Part shown: positions 1-11,400 of the stretch, in pieces
How the letters are laid out: each line of letters opens with the position of its first letter
How positions within the stretch are numbered: the first letter of the stretch is position 1
Source: Eledone cirrhosa
Lineage: Eukaryota
Length of the DNA: 64,000 bases
NCBI GenBank assembly: GCA_964016885.1
Contig: OZ024744.1
Coordinates: forward strand, 78,616,001 to 78,680,000
Direction of reading: 5' to 3'
Position numbers and translations under genes: made by a program
Notes under the pieces: generated by a model
Told to the model about the DNA's origin: nothing
What the model saw: the letters and a program-made list of their open reading frames with translations, nothing else
The model's database searches: none

Positions 1-149
1 TAATAATAAATAATAATAAATAAAGAAATGAATAAATAAATAAAACAAAATAGACAACGATAAGAGAGAGGAATAAAAACAAATAAAAATAAACAAATAC
101 ACGAGGTGTGCAATTACATAAAAATACAGATACACAAAATAAAATAAAA

Positions 150-250
150 AAAAAAAATATATATATATTTATACATAAATATATATATACATGTATACAC
201 ACATACATACATATATATACACATAAATATATATATATACATGTATGCAC

Positions 251-285
<35 letters not shown>

Positions 286-694
286 ACAAAAAACATGCAC
301 AAACACTCATATACATGTATAAAAACACATACACAAATGTAAGTGTATATACATGTATATATATACATTCACATACACACAAGCGTGCAAATATACATAT
401 ACACATGCATACACGCATATGAAAATAAGCATACAACCAAATATACTAACATACACATAAGCCCTACAAAAAGAGCAAAGGACCTACGTACAAACGTAAC
501 CACATGCGTGTGTGTACTCGCACGTAAAGAACACAAGCAGACAAAGCCATACGTAAGGCTATACCTACAAAAAAACAAAGGCCTATATACAACCGCATAC
601 ACACAACTATGAACGTAATCGCATACATAGAACCATATATAAGTATAATATAAACATAAACTCACACACAAATAAAAATACATACAAGCACATT

Positions 695-779
<85 letters not shown>

Positions 780-912
780 TATATATACAAATACATACGC
801 ACACACATATATATATACACATACATACACGCACATATACACACACATACATGCATATATATATATATACACACACACACACATACACATAAATATACGT
901 ATACAGACATAT

Positions 913-964
<52 letters not shown>

Positions 965-1025
965 GTGTATATATAAGCATATATACACACATATACATAC
1001 ACGCACACATACACACAAACACATG
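150..1025. repeat. Compound (TA)n/(CA)n/(TACA)n microsatellite block
   Basis: Directly visible dinucleotide and tetranucleotide repeats; accounts for all the Y/I/H/C/V-rich ORFs at 108-1214. Confidence 0.95.
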
Positions 1026-1362
1026 TACAAAAGAATAATCAAATGAAATAATAAACGCAATTGTTAAGAATAGGTAATGGAAAAATGTTGTGAAAGGTAT
1101 GCGATGAGATCTAGATAAGAGTATCTGGTTAAAGAGTGAACTGAGTAAAGGATAAAGGTGGTGGGTGTGTATGTATAAAGGGTAAGGTAGAAAGTAGGGG
1201 GAATATAAGTCCATTGAAAAAATCTTAATAGGGAAAAAAAATTTAATAAATATAAGGAGATATAGGAGATCGGGGAGAAAAAGTATATATGGGTAAGAAA
1301 TGTGAGTTCAGAGAGTAATAATATTCGTAGTGAGTGGAAGGCGTAATGAGTAAAGAAGAAGC

Positions 1363-1560
1363 TCAAGATGGTTGAGTCATCGTAGGAATGTCAATCCAGT
1401 TAAAAAGTAGATGCGATTTCAGATGTGGACAACATCTGAAGATCTCGGTCTTGGAGTTGAGGCAAGTGGAAGGTGCTTTCAAATTTTGGAGAATTCTAAA
1501 TTTTCGTTCACTCCTGGCTGGCTGGTTATTAATCAACGGTGTCAATTTGGCCTCATACAC
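1363..1560 (-). mobile_element. Penelope-like element fragment, C-terminus of the GIY-YIG endonuclease ORF
   Basis: Minus-strand ORF ends CLNSKTEIFRCCPHLKSHLLFNW, matching the LNxxxExxxxCxHxxxxLL tail typical of PLE endonucleases. Confidence 0.6.
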
Positions 1561-1648
1561 AATGGATTTGGTATTAAATTTACCCTATATATATTACATT
1601 ATATATATATATATATATATTATAAATATATATGCTATATATATTATA

Positions 1649-2123
1649 TGTAGCGACGTGGTTAGTCTGTCTGGTCACTACTTCTGATCGGATCCGAGAA
1701 TAGCCCTTAGGAGGACTGTTATCGCAAATGGTCTGATCGGATCTGAGGATAGCCCTTAAAAGAACTGTTGTCACATACGGTAAGGATGAACAGACGAAAG
1801 CACAAGTTGCAAGGTGAGAGATGTAGTTTCGATCAGCTATTTATTTTCACATGAAGCGGCGATACAGAGGTACAAGGCGTGTGTGAGTGACAAGTGTGGC
1901 AGAGGAGAGGAACAACGATACACTAGCTGACTCTGCCAAAGGTCGACTGGCGAAAGTGTTTGGAATCACTCTATTTATACAGAAATAATTGTTTGATGTT
2001 TAGCCGCTGCGTAGGCGTTTTATTTTGGTGGTTTTAAGGGTTGTTTGTTTCACGATGAGGTAGCTAGCTAAGCAGATAGATGGAGCTGTTTATTTCACAG
2101 ATGTTATTTCCGGTGGCTGTACA
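1649..2123 (-). mobile_element. Candidate solo LTR (475 bp)
   Basis: GC-richer island bounded by TG(tagc)...(gctgta)CA, flanked by TATA on both sides within a TA tract. AATAAA/TATAAA-like motifs read on the minus strand. Internal ~50-bp direct repeat at 1684-1774. Confidence 0.55.
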
Positions 2124-2189
2124 TATATTATATATAGATATTATATATATTATGTATACGTACATGTATATATACACATATATATATAT

Positions 2190-2592
2190 ATATGTACGTA
2201 TGGATTTACCGAATATTTATTATAATGCTCGGTTTGTTTGTAAACAAACATCCCGAATTAAGCCAGACAGTGTTTAGCAACCATCATTGCCCTTTTGTTC
2301 AACACTGACAAAGGAACGATGTACTAATTTCATTTCTCACTCTTAGTATGGCTGTTCCTTGAATATAAGTATGTATACGTACATACATATATGTATACAG
2401 ACGTACAGTAGTATGTATATATATATATACACACACATGCACACATATATATATGTACCTATGGGTTTACCGAACATTTATTATAATGCTCGGTTTGTTT
2501 GTAAACAAACAGCCCGAATTAAGCCGTACAGTGTTTAGAAACCATCGTTGCCCTTTTGTTCAACACTGACAAAGGAACGATGTACTAGTTTC
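2190..2592 (-). repeat. Two ~135-bp direct repeats (about 2198-2332 and 2458-2593), Penelope pseudo-LTR-like
   Basis: tatgg(a/g)tttaccgaa...aaaggaacgatgtacta(a/g)tttca occurs twice, separated by a TA/TACA tract. The second copy runs into a hammerhead motif. Confidence 0.8.
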
Positions 2593-2619
2593 AAGCTTAT
2601 TAGCTATCGTCAGCATCGT
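2577..2619 (-). ncRNA. Minimal type I hammerhead ribozyme
   Basis: Minus strand reads ACGATG-CTGACGA-tAGCT-aata-AGCTt-GAAA-CTAG-TA-CATCGT. It has a 6-bp stem I, an intact CUGANGA/GAAA core, stem II, a palindromic ACTAGT stem III and a GUA cleavage triplet. Confidence 0.8.
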
Positions 2620-3530
2620 ATACCTTTCTGCCAGATGATTCTGCTATAAGAACCAGATCGTCAGCATAGAGAAGTTCCCATGGGCAGCCAGTCTTAAAAA
2701 ACTCCTCTGTTATGGCTTGGAGGACTATAATGAACAAGAGCAGGCTGACGACTAAACCCTGATGTACTCCTACTTGTATCTGGAATTCCTCACTAAACTC
2801 CATTCCTACCCTCATTTTACTGACAGCACCTCTGTACATAGCTTGCACTGTCCTCATAAGCCATGCCTCTACACCTAGCTTCCTTAGGGACCACCAGATG
2901 ACAGATCGGGGTACCCTATCAAAGGCCTTCTCTAGGTCAACAAAAGCTAAGTATAGTGGTTTATTCTTCTCTAAGAACCTCACTTGTAGTTGCCTCACTA
3001 AGAAGAGGGCATCTGTTGTACTTTTCCGAGGTACAAAACCAAACTGCATCTCATCTAATTTGACCCTTTCTCTAATTAGTTGTGCTAATATTCTCTCTGC
3101 CACTTTCATAACCTGATCCATCAGCTTTATGCCCCTATAATTGCTCCTCTCCAGAGCATCCCCTTTACCTTTGCAGCAATTTATGAGAACACTGCTGCAT
3201 CAGTCTTTGGGTATGACTCCGCCATATATAGCTTGATTGACGATGCGTGCAACCAGTTTAGCACCTACTTCTGATGCCTTCAGCATCTCAGCAACTATCC
3301 CCGACGATCTTGCAGCTTTACCATTTTTCATTTCCTTAATTGTCTCTTGGACCCTATATTCGTCAATGTCAATAGCTGGTCCCTCTCTCGGGTCTACTGG
3401 GGGTAATTTCTCTCTCCCATTTGTTCTCCACATTAATCAGTCTATCATAATGACATTTCCAGGCCTTTTTTTTTTTTTATCATTCGTGACATTATTCCGG
3501 ACGCACTTATCTCCAACAACATCCTGATAT
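2620..3530 (-). mobile_element. RTE-clade LINE reverse transcriptase fragment (degenerate)
   Basis: ORFs 2600-3121 and 3200-3433 contain QFGF, AFVDLEKAFDRV, GVHQG and LLYADDLVL; interrupted by stops and frameshifts. Confidence 0.92.
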
Positions 3531-3541
3531 ATTATATAATA

Positions 3542-3866
3542 CATGGCTTAGTGGTTAGAGCATTGGCCTTGCAATCGAAAGGTTGTGAGTTCAATTCTCA
3601 GACCGGGTGATGTGTTGTTTCCTTGAGCAAGACACTTTATTTCACATTGCTCCAGTTTACTCAGCTGTAGAAATGAGATGATAGGGACTGGGGTCCATAT
3701 CATTCCACTGCAAAGTGGTCGTGTAGGTGCCACGGCAAAAAAGCACTCAGCACTCACTGTAAATGAGGTTGGTGTTAGGAAGGGCATCCAGCTGTAGAAA
3801 TCAAGCCAGAATCAGTTCCCGTCCCACCCTTGCAAGCAGGGAAAAAGTGGACGTGAAATGAAATGA
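3542..3866 (+). mobile_element. tRNA-head SINE family B with RTE-like 3' tail
   Basis: A-box tggcttagtgg, B-box gagttcaattc, central ccttgagcaagacact motif, tail cccacccttgcaagcaggg...ggacgtgaaatgaaatgat. Near-identical copy at 29232-29622. Confidence 0.85.
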
Positions 3867-4390
3867 TATATTATATATATTATATTACATATATACTTCG
3901 GGTGTTTTTCTGCTAGCATGTGTAGTGTGTTTATTGATATAATACGCAAGTATATATACATGTAGATATGATACATGTATATAAAATCGTAATTGACAAT
4001 ATACACAGAAATTGAACGAAGACGTTGTTACACTGTCTTATGTAATCAGTAAAGTAATCCATGATACATTAAAAAAAGACGATATTATATATAAACTGCA
4101 TTAGGAGAAAATTAGTATGTTTATTTAAGTGATCGCCACAGGAAGTTTGGCACTCTCTCTTTCTATATATATGGTAGTTGAAGTGGTGGTGGTGGCAACG
4201 ATATACCGGAAGTGCAACTTTGAAAATAAGTCAATTTTAAATTATTTTTGTTTATGATATTTAGTAGATAAATTATGTAATATTCATTCATTATTTATTC
4301 AAAGTAATCCAACTTATTTTACTAATGGGATAAAAAGAATAAACCGTACACAGTCCCGCAGACCTTCCTTTATTATAATTTAGATATTAG

Positions 4391-4457
<67 letters not shown>

Positions 4458-4647
4458 GTATTGTATATAAAGATTGAATGACCAGTTTAAACTTATAAAA
4501 TGATTTTACTCTATGAACGTTTCAATGTAGGACAGCAGGCCTTACATCAATATATATACTGGGCATTAGTCTGTTGCTCTACAAATCTCCAGGAGTTTGA
4601 ATGTTGTTAGAAGCATGCAGATACAAACATGCAAAACGTGACATAAT

Positions 4648-4837
4648 AATTGTTTCTACTTTAGGCACAAGGCCAGCAATTATCCCAGTGCATTACTGGT
4701 ACTTTATTTTATCGACCCCGTAAGGATGAAAGGCAAAGTCAACCTCGGCGGGATTTGAACTCAGATCATAAAGGGACGTAACTATGCTGGAAAGCATGGC
4801 GTCCGACCCTCTACCGATACTGCCAATCCACCGCCCT
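4648..4837 (-). mobile_element. tRNA-head SINE family A with target-site duplication
   Basis: Reverse complement of the ggcggtggattggcagtatcggtagag...gagttcaaatcc...gtagaaacaattatt family; flanked by direct repeat aaaacgtgacataataat. Confidence 0.9.
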
Positions 4838-4900
4838 AAAACGTGACATAATAATACAGATTACTCGTATTCTATAAAAAAAAACGCATGCCAAGCGTTA

Positions 4901-5081
4901 TTGGCAGTATCGGTAGAGGGTCGGACGCCATGCTTTCCAGCATAGTTACGTCCCTTTACGAACTGAGTTCAAATCCCACCGAGGTTGACTTTGCCTTTCA
5001 TCTTTATGGGGTCGATAAAATAAAGTACCAGTAATACACTGGGTAATTGCTGGCCTTGTGCCTAAATTAGAAACAGTTATT
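4901..5081 (+). mobile_element. tRNA-head SINE family A
   Basis: Same family, opposite orientation to the copy at 4648-4837. Confidence 0.9.
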
Positions 5082-5233
5082 ACATTTAAAAGCAACAGGT
5101 GTAATCAAAAGCATATATATACTTTTTGTGGGTGTTAGTATTTGTTTTTTTTGCAACGTTTAAAAAAATTCATAATTTAGAACATTTACTTTCAAATATA
5201 TATATATATATATGATGTTATATTTTATTTTAG

Positions 5234-5383
5234 TTGAGTGACGCAACATCCATTGACGACTCGCATTTAGTGTTAATGCGGATATATGGGGCAATTCATG
5301 TTGGCTCAACTATAATTTCAATCAAATGTCGGCTGAGCAGGGATGAATCTGTTATTGGAACAATGATGTGGAGTCGTGTTTTG
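5234..5383 (+). CDS. Coding exon A (LSDATSIDDSHLVLMRIYGAIHVGSTIISIKCRLSRDESVIGTMMWSRVL)
   Basis: tattttattttag acceptor, gtgagt donor, 50 open codons. Confidence 0.85.
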
Positions 5384-8313
5384 GTGAGTTAACACTATTT
5401 TTTAATTGGCTTTATTGAACACTTGCATATTGTTCTCGTCATTTCTGTCAACGAAGTTGACCTCTGACCTTCTAGTTTATATAAAGGTACCATCTTTATC
5501 AACTGTATTGACCTCTGACCTTGTAGACTGACATAAAGGTACCATCTCTATCAACTATACTATCGACCTCTGACCTTGTCTAACATAAAGGTACCATCTG
5601 TTTATGCTCTTTAGTTTATTTGTACCATCACTTACAATTTACACTTAACCGGTCAGAATTCTCTCACCTCTTTGTTCAAACTGGCTATAACTAGCCACTC
5701 ATACTGATGTTAAGGTATTGTTCTCAAAATAAATATCAAAATCTTGTAGATTTGATATGATGTGAGAAAACTATGTGAAAATACAATAGTAAATATAGAG
5801 TAATGTAAATGTTAAAGGGTTAATGTATAGATACCATCTCTATCAACTGTAATGTGGACCTGTTTATGCATATAATATATTTATACCTTCTCTATTGACT
5901 TCATGTAATTTCATGGTTTATGTGCCACTGAATACCTGTCAGTGAGATTAAGGGTTTCCTGGTTTTCAAAATAAGGCAAGGGAATAAAATGTTACCCAAT
6001 ATTTGTCAGTTCAAACTCAGAGCTCATAACTGCTACCTTATTTTACCTGGCTGTCAAAAATATCACTATATTCTTACAATCATCTCGCCAACAACAACCT
6101 TGAGCACCTTTTTGATTTCCATGTGTCTAACACACGTGAGCATGCCCACAATGTCAGAAAACAGCACAGCTCCCATGACTTTCAGAAACATTTTTTCACG
6201 CTCAGAGTTGCTGAAGCATGTAACAAACTCCCTGCATCAGTTGTTAGCTGCAAAGACACTGCGTCCTTTAAAACCTCCATGGAACAAACTCCCTGCATCA
6301 GTTGTTAGCTGCAAAGACACTGCGTCCTTTAAAACCTCCATGGAACAAACTCCCTGCATCAGTTGTTAGCTGCAAAGACACTGCGTCCTTTAAAACCTCC
6401 ATGGAACAAACTCCCTGCATCAGTTGTTAGCTGCAAAGACACTGCGTCCTTTAAAACCTCCATGGAACAAACTCCCTGCATCAGTTGTTAGCTGCAAAGA
6501 CACTGCGTCCTTTAAAACCTCCATGCTTCCTGAAATTCGGCAATACTACGCCTGACATCCTCCCTCCATACACATGCACATATATATATATCATGACTCA
6601 TACACTGTTCACTTTCCTGACATTTGTACATTATTCTATGCATTATACATGCACCTTTGATGGGTTATAGCTCACCTGAGCACTGTACACAATAATTTCA
6701 TTATTATTTCATGGTATAAAAAAATTGCTTCTAGCAGTTAAAAAAACATGTTAGCTCCACCAAAATATGTAATTTCTACAGTATGATTCAACAATTTGAT
6801 CAATCAGTTTCCTATTCTAACATTCTTTCTTTTATTTTTTACTTACAGGGACTAAAAATCCAAATAGTCACTCTTGTGTATCATGCTCTGTTTATTATGG
6901 ACAAGTTCACAGTATTTGTAAGTATTTTTACAGTCTAAAAAGGTAGATTGTAACTATTAGTACAGCTTTGCAATATCTTCATATTCCATCAGAAATTAAT
7001 TTTTTTTCTATTCAATTTTTATTTTACTCACTGTAAGCAAGGCAAGACAATAAAAAGCCACTAAGATGCAAAGGTTTACTGAGAAGAAAGCATGACAAGA
7101 AAGAGAGAACAATTCAAAGAGATAGAAAATGATGGTTGATGTTGCTTTTGAATTTTTGCAAATTTTAGTGGTCAGGAAAGTAAGAAGCTGGAAGGGAACT
7201 AATTCCATAGGCGAGATGTGTGAGGGAAGAAACTATTAGAATAGTATTTGCGATTGCATTTAGGAACTTCACCTGTAAATGGATGAGAACTAGACATGAA
7301 TCTGATGCTTCCTTTAACACTTTAGCATTTAAACCGGCCGTATCTGGCCAGAATTCTTTCACCTCTTTCTGTCCAAACCAGTTGTGATCGGCCACTCATA
7401 CCACTGTTAAGGTATTGTTCTCAAAATAAATAACATCAAAATCTTGTAGAATCAATATTAAATAAGATAATTATGTGAGGTAAAGCTTTTACCACAAAAA
7501 TACAATAGTATATAGAGAGTAATGTAAATGGTAAAGGGTTAAACTCATGAAGATGAGGAAAGCTTATCAACACCAAATATTTTGCAGTGAATCTTGGGCA
7601 AATACAGCCTGGAGGAGCATATCCCTCATAATGTATATTGTCAATTATGACATGGTTTGCTAGAAAGGGGCCATGTTATTATCAGGAATGTAGTGCACAC
7701 CAATAAATTATTTTTTCTTCGCCCACTTATTCCTGAGAGGGTCGTGGGGGCAGAGTCCTCAAACACTCCTTCCAGCTGATGCGGCGAGACTAATCAAGCT
7801 CATAAATGTTATCCAACCATCTTGCTCAGTGGTGTCTACCTCTGGGTCTCCTGCCAGCTGGTTTTGCCCATAATATCTGTCCACCCAATTTTTTTTTTTT
7901 TTTTTTTTTTTTTTTACCTGAGACATTCTAACCACATACTCCATAATATTGGAGATGTAGCAGCTCTATCTGGAGTGACTCTCTGTTCTCCAAGCTACAT
8001 ACTCTATCAAGTAATGTTACTCCAAAGACCCTTCGGAGGAATCCCATTTCGGTGGGGCTTGTATTCGCAATCATCTTCTTTTGGTCATTACCTAAGATTT
8101 TAGATGCTAGAAATCAATTAGTATTTAATATTTATTCAGTTATTTCATGTCCAACAATTTTATTTTGTTCTTTAATGTTAACACCACAAAATACTTCTGT
8201 AGCCTGCATATGTGAAAATCTAAAATGAATTCTGTCCTGTAATGATTTATTCAGCCATATCTTTCTTTGGGTTTTCTCTTTGATTCATTATTTGGTTTCA
8301 TTAGTTTGTCTTC

Positions 8314-8357
<44 letters not shown>

Positions 8358-8362
8358 TCTCT

Positions 8363-8418
<56 letters not shown>

Positions 8419-8457
8419 CTTTCTCTCTCTTTCTCTCTCTTTCTCTCTCTTTCTCTC

Positions 8458-8488
<31 letters not shown>

Positions 8489-11400
8489 CGTTCTCTCTCT
8501 CTCGTTCTCTCTCTCGTTCTTTCTCTTTCTCTCTCTCTTTCTCTCTCTCTCGTTCTCTCTCTCTCTTTCTCTCTCTCGTTCTCTCTCTCTCACATATATT
8601 TATTGTTACTAATTCATTTTCTTTTTTTCTTTTTTTTTTTAACAGTTTCTTTACTTCGTTCTTGGCAGCTTTTGTTTGTGGCTAATGGCCACTTTGGTCC
8701 ATCTTCTGAAAAAACGTCCCAAACTTGGCCATTATGAACCTGAAAATATCTTGACATGGGTGATACGCACTGAATTCTTTGTCACTTTCCTGTCAGGGCT
8801 GGCCTATATGGCTTTTCCTCATTTCTTGACCACTCTCTTTGTAAGTTTCTGTCACTTTTCTTTTCAAAGTTTACCTGTATGATTTGTATAGTTTGCTATA
8901 GAGCACTGCTCAATATTACATATTAACCAATTTATACCAGTAATACTAATGTTGATTATATTAATATACCAAAGACAGTAGCCCCTGGTATTCACAGAGA
9001 TTCTGTTCCTCGAGCACCTGCAAAGAGTGAAACACCATGAATATTGGATATGGTCCATAATAATGCCTATAAATATCAAAATATAATGGGAGAGGGGGGT
9101 CTTATGCAAAGGAGCATCCAATAGGCTGGCAAATACGGTATGTTATTAATAATTTAACGTTAAAAAAAAATATATATATATATATATTTCCATGGAAAAA
9201 GCCATAAAAAAAATTGCAGAAGATATTTACGGTTCTGTCAATATGCGGTGGTTTCCATGAACAATTATTAGTTAGGTTCTAAGGAAAATTCTGCAAAAAT
9301 CAGGGGTACACTGTATACTCGAGTATAAGCTGAGGAAAATGTAACCATTGTAAGGTCGTGGGTTTGATTCCCGGTGGTGCGTTGTGTCCTTGAACAAGAC
9401 ACTTCATTTCAAGTTGCTCCAGTTCACTCAACTGTGCCAATAATTTTTGCGTCACACTGAATCTCCCTGAGAACTGCGTTAATGGTATGCATCTTTGTGG
9501 AATGCTCAGCCATTTGCACGTTAATTTCACGAGTAGGCTGTTCCATTGATTGGATCAACTAGAACACTAGTCGTAATCGATGGAGTGCCATTATTGGTAA
9601 AGGGTAGGTCTCCATGCTTTGCAGCATAGTTACATCCCTTTACGGTCTGAGTTGAAATCCCGCCAAGGTTAACTTTGCCTTTCATCTTCACGGGGTCGAT
9701 AAAATAAAGTACCAGTAATGCACTGGGGTAATTGCTGGCCTTGTGCCAAAAGAAGAAACAATTATTAATTATTAACATTCCACAATATTACATATCGACT
9801 ACCGTATTTCCCGGTGCCGAAGACACTTCGTCTTCGAGGACATACCCTAATTTTGACAACCAAAAATTTGAAGAAAAAAAAAAAAAGGCTTCAGCCTCCA
9901 GGACGCACGGTAGATTTTTGAAACTTATTTTCGGAAAAAAAGTAGCGTCTTCGATGTCGGGGAAATATAGTAGTTTACATCAGCAATATTGAATGTTAAT
10001 ATCAACTGAATATGCTGGGAATCTATTTATTGCTTGTATCACCTTTTCTTGTGTAGGCATTCCAGTTGTCTCACATGATCATTGGCATCCAGGGTTGGTG
10101 CATAGACTGACTGCTATGACAAATGCTATAGAAAGTGCCCTTAACCTCTTCAGTGCCATAGACGAGATGACTCGTCTTAACATGTTTGAATTCCTTAACC
10201 CTTTACTGTTCAAACTGGCCAAAACCGGCCAGAATTCTCTACCTCTTTCTGTTGAAACTGGCTGTAACTGGTCACTCAAACTGATGTTAAGGTATTGTTT
10301 CAAAATAAATACTTTCAAAATCTCATAGATTCGATATTATGTGAGATAATTATGTGAGATAAAGCCTTTACCATGAAAATATAATAGTATATATAGAGTA
10401 ATGTGAATGCTAAAGGGTTAATCAACAGTTCATAACTTCAATGGGGTTGCTAAGTTTATTGATGTTTGTCAATCAAAATAGTCATTTTATTGAAAAAAAA
10501 AAAACCTGCACAGCAACTGTAGCTATGTAAAGTATACGTGGTAGTCAACAGGTTGAGACAGATCCAAACTAAACGGAGAAATGGGCTCCCAGCACAACAG
10601 AAATGTTGGCTATTATGTTCACCCATAATTTCACTTCTATATTGCCCTAATGTAACTTGTGCATGCTTATTATTTACATTTACACGCCATACTTTGGCGC
10701 ATAGTTACGGCCCTTGCCATTCTGAGTTCAAATCCTGCTGAGGTTAACTTTGCCTTTCATCCTTACGGGGTCGATAAAATAAAGTACCAGTAATACACTG
10801 GATAATTGCTGGCCTTGTGCCTAACGTAGAAACAATTATTTAGATTTACACTTTCCAGTGGCCAAAGAGATATACTGTTGTCCCCCTGTATTTGGAAGGT
10901 TACGTTCCTAGACCACCTGCAAACAGTGGAAAACCGCAAATATTGGAGCGGTCCATAAAAATGCCTATAAACATTAAAATATAACGTTAAAAACAGGCCG
11001 GTTAATACAGTATATTGTTATTAATAATTTAGGCTTAAAAAACATGAAAAAATATATATTTCCACTAAAAAAAGTCATTAAAAAATTGCGGAAGATATTT
11101 ATGATTCCGCGAATATGCAGTGGTTTCCATGAATAATTATTAGTTAGGTTCTAAAGAAAGTTCCGCAGACTAACCTACATGACCACTTTACAGTGTAGGC
11201 TGGGTACTTTTTGTCGTGACACCTACACAACCACATTTACAGTGTGTATTGGGTACTTTTTGTCATGACACGTACACAACCGCTTTACAGGGTGGTCTGG
11301 GTGCTTTTTGTCGTGACACCTACACAACCACATTTACAGTGTGTATTGGGTACTTTTTGTCATGACATGTACACGACCACTTTACAGTGTAGGCTGGGTA

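Noticed and set aside
108-1214. Long ORFs rich in Y/I/H/T/C/V
   Set aside because: Translations of TA/CA microsatellites.
3542-3610. tRNA genes at SINE heads (also 29232, 37353 and others)
   Set aside because: A/B boxes are present, but there is no complete cloverleaf and each continues into a SINE body and tail.
4135-4260. Promoter/first exon (two GGAAGT ETS-like motifs, ATG at 4171)
   Set aside because: The ATG frame stops after 28 codons with no suitable donor and lacks the expected helix ending in FP. Short motifs alone are insufficient; the 5' exon is probably outside the window.
8267-8737. SL/RE-repeat ORFs
   Set aside because: Translation of the (CT)n tract; only 8646-8840 is coding, in a different frame.
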